Positions 57,546 to 64,000 of a stretch of 64,000 bases of DNA are shown here, piece by piece. Both the position numbers and the translations under genes were made by a program. The DNA is taken from the NCBI GenBank assembly GCA_023250195.1, contig JAHFBF010000001.1, forward strand, positions 406,661-470,660. Direction: 5' to 3'. The notes beneath the pieces are model-generated. The model did no database searches. It was not told the origin of the DNA and saw nothing but the letters and a program-made list of their open reading frames with translations. The number at the start of each line of letters is the position of its first letter. Within the stretch, counting starts at the first letter, position 1. The stretch comes from Candidatus Melainabacteria bacterium (GTDB taxonomy: Bacteria; Cyanobacteriota; Vampirovibrionia; 2-02-FULL-35-15).

Positions 57546-59156
57546 TTAAACTAAGATTTTCAATTCTTTCTGCAGCATTTCTCTGATTTTATACTTTTGG
57601 ATTTTTCCATTCGCCGTCATTGGAAATTCATTTACAAACTTTATGTAATAAGGAATCTTATAGTTTGCAATTTTACCGCAGCACCACTGTTTTGCCTCTT
57701 CTTCAGTCCATTGTTCATTTGGTTTTAATTTTATTATTGCTGCTGCCTGTTCCCCAAATTTTTGATCCGGGACTCCAACTACCTGTATCATTTCTACTTT
57801 TGGATTTGTCATAAAAAACTCTTCTGTCTCAGCAGGATAAATATTTTCACCGCCGCGAATTATCATATCTTTTATTCTGCCTACTATTCTACAAACCCCA
57901 TTCTTATCCATAGCAGCCAGATCTCCTGTATGCATCCAGCCTTCAGCATCTATAACATCTTTTGTTTTATCCGGCATTTTATAGTAGCCCTTCATGGCAT
58001 TGTAACCATATGCACAAAGTTCACCGGCAGTATCAAAAGGAATTTCTTTCTTGGTTTCAGGATCGACAATTTTTACTTTTACATTTTGATGTGCTTTTCC
58101 CACTGTTCCAACTTTTATTTCAAGTGAGTCATCATATCTGGTCTGAGTAATTAACGGTGATGCTTCTGTAAATCCATAACCAATCGTAATTTCAGTCAGA
58201 TTCATTTTTTCAATAAGCTGTTTCATAAGTTCCATCGGACAGGGCGCTCCTGCAATTACACCTGTTCTAAGTGAGCTTAAATCATAATTATTAAAATCAT
58301 CCAGGGCAAGTTCAGCTATAAACATAGTCGGCACACCATATAATGCTGTACATTTTTCTTTATGTACTGCTTCAAGCGTTTTCCGCGGCTCAAAAACATC
58401 TGATGGAAAAACCATTGTAATTCCATAATTTACACAAACCAGAGTCCCAAGCACACATCCAAAACAATGATATAAAGGCACAGGGATACAAATAGAATCT
58501 CTGTTTGTAAGATTCATATTCGCACCACAGTAATATGCGTTATTTAAAATCCCAAGATGCGTTAACTGTGCACCTTTTGGAAAACCTGTTGTCCCTGAAG
58601 TATATTGAATATTTATTATATCTTCATGATTTAACTTATTTTCATGTTCTGCCAAATCTTCATCAGATATATTTTTTGCAAGTTGAGATAAATCATCCCA
58701 GCACATAAAATCATTTATTTGTTTTGTTCTGATTGTTATAACTCTTTTCAATTTGCCTGTTTTTTTCCTGTCTACACTGCTTAAAACATCAATCATCGAT
58801 GAATTTTTAAAATACGGGGTTAAAAACAAAGTAGTAATGTCACCCTGCTCAAGTATGTATTCAAGTTCATGACTCTTAAGTGCCGGATTAATATTTACCA
58901 GGACTGCTCCAACTTTTGCTGCTGCAAACTGCAAAATTACCCACTCAGGACAATTTACCGCAAATATCCCTATATGTTCACCTTTTTGAATATGAAGAGC
59001 AAGAAGTCCTTTGGCAATTTCATCTGTAAGTTTTTTAAAGTTTTTATAAGTTAATCTGTAATTCAGATCACAAAAAACAATTGCGTCTTTATCTGCATAC
59101 TTAAGTGCAGTACTATCTAAAAGTTGTCCAATGGTCTTAGTAATAAGGTCTGTCAT
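57546..59156 (-). CDS. acyl-CoA synthetase (AMP-forming fatty-acid--CoA ligase)
   Basis: AMP-binding motif IQYTSGTTGFPKGAQLTH, GYGFTE, and C-terminal GDLAAMDKNGVCRIVGRIKDMIIRGGENIYPAETEEF. Confidence 0.9.
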   Translation of the reverse strand: MTDLITKTIGQLLDSTALKYADKDAIVFCDLNYRLTYKNFKKLTDEIAKGLLALHIQKGEHIGIFAVNCPEWVILQFAAAKVGAVLVNINPALKSHELEYILEQGDITTLFLTPYFKNSSMIDVLSSVDRKKTGKLKRVITIRTKQINDFMCWDDLSQLAKNISDEDLAEHENKLNHEDIINIQYTSGTTGFPKGAQLTHLGILNNAYYCGANMNLTNRDSICIPVPLYHCFGCVLGTLVCVNYGITMVFPSDVFEPRKTLEAVHKEKCTALYGVPTMFIAELALDDFNNYDLSSLRTGVIAGAPCPMELMKQLIEKMNLTEITIGYGFTEASPLITQTRYDDSLEIKVGTVGKAHQNVKVKIVDPETKKEIPFDTAGELCAYGYNAMKGYYKMPDKTKDVIDAEGWMHTGDLAAMDKNGVCRIVGRIKDMIIRGGENIYPAETEEFFMTNPKVEMIQVVGVPDQKFGEQAAAIIKLKPNEQWTEEEAKQWCCGKIANYKIPYYIKFVNEFPMTANGKIQKYKIREMLQKELKILV

Positions 59157-59208
59157 GTTAGGATAATTCCATTGTTAATATTATGGCACCATATTAAATT
59201 TTATTTCA

Positions 59209-60093
59209 ATGTTTGATAAAGAAAAAAAATCGTTAAATTACTTAAATGCCCGATTGGTTGGCATTTTAAGAACAAAGCCGGATACTCCTGCTATTAATGC
59301 AATTAACGCAATACAGTCTGCATTTGATTCTGGAGCCACTGCTGTTGAAGTCACTTCAAATTCTGATTTTTGGCAAAACATTGTAGATGAATGTGTAAAA
59401 AGGAATTTAAATATCGGTGTTGGCTCAATTAAAAACGAAAAAACTGCAAAAGAAGCGATAGACCATGGTGCAAAATTTCTGGTAAGCCCAGGATTTTTTG
59501 AAGATGCTATAGAAGCAGCGAATAAACATAATATCCCTATTCTTCCTGGAGTTTTTACAGAACCAAACTTTAAACAGGCAGTTGATCTTAGAATTGCTGA
59601 TGTAAAGTTCTTCCCTGCGCATGTAAAAACAAATGAAGAATTATTCAAAGCAATAAGAGAGCCCTTCAGGGATGAATTTGAAGAGTTAAATAAAATTGGC
59701 TGGGAGATTTTAGCATCCGACGGTCAGTCAATTAACTCTGAGAATGTGTTCATTATTAAAAGCCCGACACAATTTTATAAATTCTATTTAAAAGCTAAAA
59801 ATGAAAAGCCCAGCAAGCAGGCATTCATAAAACTTTCTGATGAAAAAGTTGGGTTTGAAAAATTAAAAGAATTCTCAGACCAATTATTGGAACACAATAT
59901 CAGAACTTATGCAGTTGGTGGAGTTAATGACAAAAATATGAAAGAAGTTTTAACAAAATATGGTGCTTATGGAGTTTGCCCTGGAAGCGGGATGTTCAAT
60001 GCTGATGCTATTATCGGTGGAGATTATGAAAGAGTAAAAGCTGATGTAAAAAGGCATGTAGCTGTGATTAGAGAAATATTTTCACCGACATAA
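59209..60093 (+). CDS. KDPG/KHG-aldolase-family protein with insertion
   Basis: VGILRT, ATAVEVTSNS, IGVGSI, GAKFLVSPGF, IPILPGVFTEPN, VKFFPA and C-terminal YAVGGVNDKNM follow the Eda-type aldolase pattern. Confidence 0.55.
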   Translation: MFDKEKKSLNYLNARLVGILRTKPDTPAINAINAIQSAFDSGATAVEVTSNSDFWQNIVDECVKRNLNIGVGSIKNEKTAKEAIDHGAKFLVSPGFFEDAIEAANKHNIPILPGVFTEPNFKQAVDLRIADVKFFPAHVKTNEELFKAIREPFRDEFEELNKIGWEILASDGQSINSENVFIIKSPTQFYKFYLKAKNEKPSKQAFIKLSDEKVGFEKLKEFSDQLLEHNIRTYAVGGVNDKNMKEVLTKYGAYGVCPGSGMFNADAIIGGDYERVKADVKRHVAVIREIFSPT

Positions 60094-60125
60094 AACATCT
60101 AATTTTTACTGATATAATTTCCATT

Positions 60126-61502
60126 ATGCCGGAAACCCTTACAAAACAAATCAGCAAAGCAAAAGAAATTGCAAGTTATGTTTTATCACAAAAGAAAGAA
60201 TCACTTTCAAAAGAAGTTATTCATGAAGTAAAAAGAAGAATTATTGATAGCCTTGCCTGTGCAATAGGGGCATATGATTCAAAGGTCTGTAAAATTGTTT
60301 TAAAGGCATGTTCAAAAATAAAAGGAAAATATAAAGCTCCCTTATTTGGAAAAGGAAAAGAAGTTTTTTATGAGGAAGCTGCTTTTGCAAATGGGGCACT
60401 TGTTAGATATCTGGATTTTAATGATACTTATTTATCTTTAGAGCCTGCTCATCCATCAGATAATATTGCACCTCTATTAGCATGTGCACAAGCATATGGA
60501 AAAAGCGGTCTTGATTTAATCCTGGCTATTGCAATTGCTTATGAAATACAATGTCAGCTCTGTGATGGTGCATCACTTCGTGCTAAAGGAATTGATCATG
60601 TTACTTACGGAGCATTTTCCACTGCATGCGGTGCAACTGTATTAATGGATTTAGATGAAGAACAGTTGGAAAATGCACTTGGTATTGCCGGTGTTTGTAA
60701 CATTGCCACACGTCAGACAAGAGTCGGCGAAATGTCCATGTGGAAAGCATGTGCATTTGCTAATGCTGCAAGACAGGGACTATTTGCAGCAAGATTAGCA
60801 AAAGAAGGAATGACAGGACCTGCTCCAATATTTGAAGGAACAAAAGGGTTTGAAACCTTAGTTTCAGGACCAATGAATTTAAAACTTCCAAATATTGGCG
60901 AACCACCAAAGAAAATTCTAGAAACCTATATTAAACCTTATCCTGTAGAATATCATGCACAGAGTGCAGTTGAAGCTGCTATAAAATTAAACAAAGAGGG
61001 TTTAAAAATTGATCAGGTTCAGGAAATGACTGTTTATACTCATGGCGCTTCTTACCAAATAATTGGTTCAGAACCTGAGAAGTGGAGACCTACATCAAAA
61101 GAAACCGCTGATCACAGCCTCCCTTACTGCACAGCTATTGCACTTCGGGATGGAAACGTAACCGATGAAAGTTTTCATAAGAAAAACTACAAAGACTCTA
61201 ATTTGCTAAAGTTCTTAAAGAAAATAAAAGTAGTTGAAGATCAAAGATATACTTCTGATTATCCAAAAAGTTTTGGAAACAGATTAGAGATAAATTTATT
61301 TGATGGAAAGAAAATTATAAAAGAAGTTTTACATCCATTTGGTCACCCAAGAAATCCTATGAAGGATGAGGATGTATTTAGTAAGTGGAGAACACTGGCT
61401 GGTCCGCACCTTGGACAAAATAATATTGAAGAGCAGATTGAGAAAGTAATGATGCTTGAGCATCAAAAAGGACTCTCCACATTAATGCCAGAAGTCAGTT
61501 AA
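60126..61502 (+). CDS. prpD: MmgE/PrpD-family protein (2-methylcitrate dehydratase-like)
   Basis: RRIIDSLACAIGAYDS, HPSDNIAPLLACAQAYGKSGLDLILAIAIAYEIQCQL and downstream PrpD-type segments; methylisocitrate lyase gene lies downstream. Confidence 0.75.
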   Translation: MPETLTKQISKAKEIASYVLSQKKESLSKEVIHEVKRRIIDSLACAIGAYDSKVCKIVLKACSKIKGKYKAPLFGKGKEVFYEEAAFANGALVRYLDFNDTYLSLEPAHPSDNIAPLLACAQAYGKSGLDLILAIAIAYEIQCQLCDGASLRAKGIDHVTYGAFSTACGATVLMDLDEEQLENALGIAGVCNIATRQTRVGEMSMWKACAFANAARQGLFAARLAKEGMTGPAPIFEGTKGFETLVSGPMNLKLPNIGEPPKKILETYIKPYPVEYHAQSAVEAAIKLNKEGLKIDQVQEMTVYTHGASYQIIGSEPEKWRPTSKETADHSLPYCTAIALRDGNVTDESFHKKNYKDSNLLKFLKKIKVVEDQRYTSDYPKSFGNRLEINLFDGKKIIKEVLHPFGHPRNPMKDEDVFSKWRTLAGPHLGQNNIEEQIEKVMMLEHQKGLSTLMPEVS

Positions 61503-61654
61503 ATCCAGGTAAACAAATATTTTTTTGATCTCTTTTTTATCATTTTTTCTAATTTTAGAAAATAAAAATATTTTAATCTTAAGTCCTATAAAAATTTCCG
61601 GGGGGCCTTTATATAAGTGCAAAGGTTAATCAAGAAAAAAATCAAGGAGATAAT

Positions 61655-61858
61655 ATGTCAGAATTATATTTGAATGCAATAAGAAATGCTCAACAGCAAG
61701 CACAAGAAGTTGAAAGGAGAATCCAAACAACAACAACTGCACTTGCTACGCCTAATCCAGCAGATAGAGCAAGATTAAAGGAAGCAATAATCAACTTGGA
61801 AAACAAGAGTTATTTTGAAGGTCTGTTCTGGCAATTCTTGGGGATATCACCTCCATAA
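61655..61858 (+). CDS. small hypothetical protein (cassette ORF 1)
   Basis: Preceded by AAGGAG RBS within a leader that is duplicated at 62760..62806; followed by a hairpin/T-tract. Confidence 0.35.
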   Translation: MSELYLNAIRNAQQQAQEVERRIQTTTTALATPNPADRARLKEAIINLENKSYFEGLFWQFLGISPP

Positions 61859-62055
61859 TAGCCCTTAAGTTTATATTCATCAGCAAATGTAAGTTCAAAA
61901 AGCCATCTCAAAAAAGGTGACTTTTTTTATAAAGTGGAAGGTGAAAAAATAAAGTTAGCCTTATTGGAGCATTATTCTCTATTTTTAATCAACCTATAAC
62001 CTGTTATAGTTATACTCCATAGTGGTAGAATGGCATTATGGGGAATTGAAATGAC

Positions 62056-62367
62056 ATGGCAAAGAAAGAATCACTAAATAAAAACTGGACCGAAATTGGT
62101 GTGGTAAATGGCCCTGATCTTCAAAATAGGATCGTTATAACTCCTATTGTAACTTGGTTAAAACAACATATTGATAGCTTCAAAGTATTTATAAACTCTA
62201 GTGGTAATGTACTTTTAAAACCAATGATTAGTCTTCCGCTAGAAGAAGCATGGCCTTATCAAGATCCCAAGATATTATCCAACGTTCTAAAAGGTATCGA
62301 GGAAGCAAAAGCAGGAAAAGCCAAGCCATTTGATTTAAAAAAATTAAAAGAATTAGATGATGTTTAA
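62056..62367 (+). CDS. putative type II antitoxin (AbrB/MazE-like swapped-hairpin)
   Basis: RIVITPIVTWLKQHIDSFKVFINSSGNVLLKP resembles the SpoVT/AbrB fold; stop overlaps the start of the downstream toxin-like gene. Confidence 0.45.
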   Translation: MAKKESLNKNWTEIGVVNGPDLQNRIVITPIVTWLKQHIDSFKVFINSSGNVLLKPMISLPLEEAWPYQDPKILSNVLKGIEEAKAGKAKPFDLKKLKELDDV

Positions 62368-62653
62368 TATCAAATTAACTCCTTTAGCTTTGAAACAATT
62401 GGAGGAGATAAAAAAACGAGAGCCAAGGCAAGGATTACTAAAGCAAATCATAAAGACAATCAGATTTTTAAGTGAAAATCCAAGACATCCTTCTTTGCAT
62501 ACTCATAAAAATCAAAGGTTGAGCAATCTACATGGTTTAGATATTTTTCAAGTATATGCACAGAACTACACTTCAGGTGCTTACCGTATCTTCTTTACTT
62601 ATTCTGCTAAAGATGAAATTACTATTACTTCTATAGAAGCACATCCAGATTAG
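62357..62653 (+). CDS. putative type II toxin (RelE/ParE-superfamily-like)
   Basis: 98 aa basic protein; C-terminal ...SGAYRIFFTYSAKDEITITSIEAHPD resembles the RelE/ParE C-terminal pattern; 11-nt overlap with the upstream small gene. Confidence 0.45.
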   Translation: MMFNIKLTPLALKQLEEIKKREPRQGLLKQIIKTIRFLSENPRHPSLHTHKNQRLSNLHGLDIFQVYAQNYTSGAYRIFFTYSAKDEITITSIEAHPD

Positions 62654-62806
62654 ATATTTATAAATAACAAATATCATAGACAAAAAAGCCTATGTAAAAA
62701 CTCTCCCCATTAATGCCAGAAGTCGGTTAAATCCAGGTAAACAAATATTTTTTTAGCTTGATATAAGTGCAAGGTTAATCAAGAAAAAAATCAAGGAGAT
62801 AAAATT

Positions 62807-62977
62807 ATGTTTATATTAGATTTAGAAATTAGTTTGGCACCGGTTAACCAGTTAATTAGTACTGCTGTCAGACGATTTCAGGAAAGAGAACAAGCACAAA
62901 TAAAACCATTCTCATTCCTTGAGCAAAGTCCGCCATATAAGAAGGACTATTTTGAATACCCTCCTTCTGACAGATAA
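62807..62977 (+). CDS. small hypothetical protein (cassette ORF 2, unannotated)
   Basis: 56 codons, MFILDLEISLAPVNQLISTAVRRFQEREQAQIKPFSFLEQSPPYKKDYFEYPPSDR; same duplicated leader/RBS and 3' hairpin as 61655..61858 but unrelated coding sequence. Confidence 0.3.
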   Translation: MFILDLEISLAPVNQLISTAVRRFQEREQAQIKPFSFLEQSPPYKKDYFEYPPSDR

Positions 62978-63072
62978 CTTCTGTTGTAAGCTGAACTGTT
63001 TTAAAAAGCCATCTTAAAAAGGTGGCTTTTTTGTTTTTGATTATAAATCAGTTTTGCTCAATTAATGTTTTC

Positions 63073-63148
63073 ATGTCATTCCCGCGAAAGCGGGAATCCA
63101 GTATCGGTAGCAGTCTTGCCTGGATTCCGGGTCAAGCCCGGAATGACA
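63073..63148. repeat. compound palindromic element (TGTCATTCC-hairpin-GGAATCC ... GGATTCC-hairpin-GGAATGACA)
   Basis: Hairpins CCCGCGAAAGCGGG and CCGGGTCAAGCCCGG bounded by inverted TGTCAT/ATGACA; 45 nt upstream of the prpB start; same family as 48071..48154. Confidence 0.75.
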
Positions 63149-63193
63149 AGGAAATGACAGAAGAATCTAAAATGAGCTAAAATAACTTCTGTA

Positions 63194-64000
63194 ATGAAAC
63201 CTTTCCACCAGCTTTTAAAAGAACAAAAAACTCTTGTTATTCCTGGAGTATTTAATGCAGCATCTGCTCTACTGGCAAAAAACGCTGGATTTGAGGCATT
63301 GTATTTATCTGGTTCTGGCATTGCCACAGGATGTTTTGGTGTTCCTGATCTCGGGATTACAACGTTAGAAAATGTCTGCGAAGAGACACGAAGAATTACA
63401 AACGTAAAGGCGTTGCATGCAACGTCTCTTCTGGTAGATGCCGATACCGGTTTTGGCAATGAAGCCGATGCGGTAAAACAATTAGAAAAATCCGGCGCAG
63501 CAGGCATCCATTTAGAAGATCAGGTTTTTCCGAAACGCTGTGGTCACAGGCCAGGCAAAGAAGTAATTTCCCCTGAAGAGATGGTTTTAAAAATTCAAAA
63601 TGCAATAAAAGCAAGAACAAATTCAGATTTTTTTATAATTGCAAGAGTAGATTCAAGAAACGTTATAGGATTTGACGATGCCATTGAAAGAGCAAAAAAA
63701 TATCAAGATGCAGGGGCAGATGCAATATTTGCAGAAGCGCTTGAAAGTAAGGACGAGTATAAAAAGTTTGTTGATACTTTAAAGATTCCTGTATTAGCTA
63801 ATATGACTGAATTTGGCAAGACTCCTTACCTTTCAGTCTATGAGTTTGAGTCAGTAGGAGTACGTATGGTCATTTTCCCTTTAACTGCATTCAGACGAAT
63901 GATGAAAGCTACAGAGGAAGTGTATCGTATTATCAAAAAGGAAGGAACCCAGAAGCCAATACTAAACAGCATGCAAAGCAGGGATGAACTTTACCGACTT
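63194..64000 (+). CDS. prpB: 2-methylisocitrate lyase (ICL/PEP-mutase superfamily), 3'-partial
   Basis: Not in the ORF track because it runs off the window. ATG at 63194, open to 64000; MKPFHQLLKEQKTLVIPGVFNAASALLAKNAGFEALYLSGSG...VDADTGFG...GIHLEDQVFPKRCGHRPGKEV...ARVDS contains the KRCGH active-site motif. Confidence 0.85.
   Translation, partial: MKPFHQLLKEQKTLVIPGVFNAASALLAKNAGFEALYLSGSGIATGCFGVPDLGITTLENVCEETRRITNVKALHATSLLVDADTGFGNEADAVKQLEKSGAAGIHLEDQVFPKRCGHRPGKEVISPEEMVLKIQNAIKARTNSDFFIIARVDSRNVIGFDDAIERAKKYQDAGADAIFAEALESKDEYKKFVDTLKIPVLANMTEFGKTPYLSVYEFESVGVRMVIFPLTAFRRMMKATEEVYRIIKKEGTQKPILNSMQSRDELYRL

Noticed and set aside
63076-63620. Minus-strand ORFs 63076..63507 and 63396..63620
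   Set aside because: They overlap the clearly homologous plus-strand prpB frame and the palindromic element; products are featureless.

Overview
AT-rich, densely coding bacterial chromosomal segment (Gram-negative-type envelope genes; taxon not assignable from sequence alone) with about 70 genes and one tRNA-Ala. Four themes stand out. (1) Two tandem pairs of giant paralogous secreted proteins: a Cys-rich EGF-like/FN3 pair (991..8604) and a pair with Gly-Thr-Asn triplet tracts, repeated Asp-rich modules and a C-terminal FGE-sulfatase-like domain (25016..32443), plus a mucin-like Ser-rich protein next to a possible GT-C glycosyltransferase. (2) A likely uncharacterised RiPP-type locus, the most interesting call: an MNIO (DUF692) enzyme translationally coupled to a DUF2063 partner, preceded by a short precursor ending in EAKCGEGQCG (43726..45474). 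The same motif is repeated four times in a signal-peptide protein about 35 kb away (9841..10242). Thiol-redox genes (DsbA-like, Trx-like, CcdA, 2Fe-2S ferredoxin, DCC-like) are enriched around both. (3) Ordinary metabolism and housekeeping: cysI, subtilisin, MFS, PMM/PGM, L,D-transpeptidase, FKBP, fatty-acid desaturase, acyl-CoA dehydrogenase/thiolase/DUF35, acyl-CoA synthetase, prpD and prpB. (4) Unusual small-scale structure: GC-rich palindromes present both intergenically and in-frame inside genes, compound palindromic elements in 5' UTRs, in-frame heptamer repeats, paired TGTAAC-N5-GTTACA operator-like sites, and a duplicated prpD 3' junction carrying small ORFs and a toxin-antitoxin pair between prpD and prpB. 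No transposase, integrase, CRISPR array or rRNA was seen. All family assignments are from motif recognition by eye, not from database searches.
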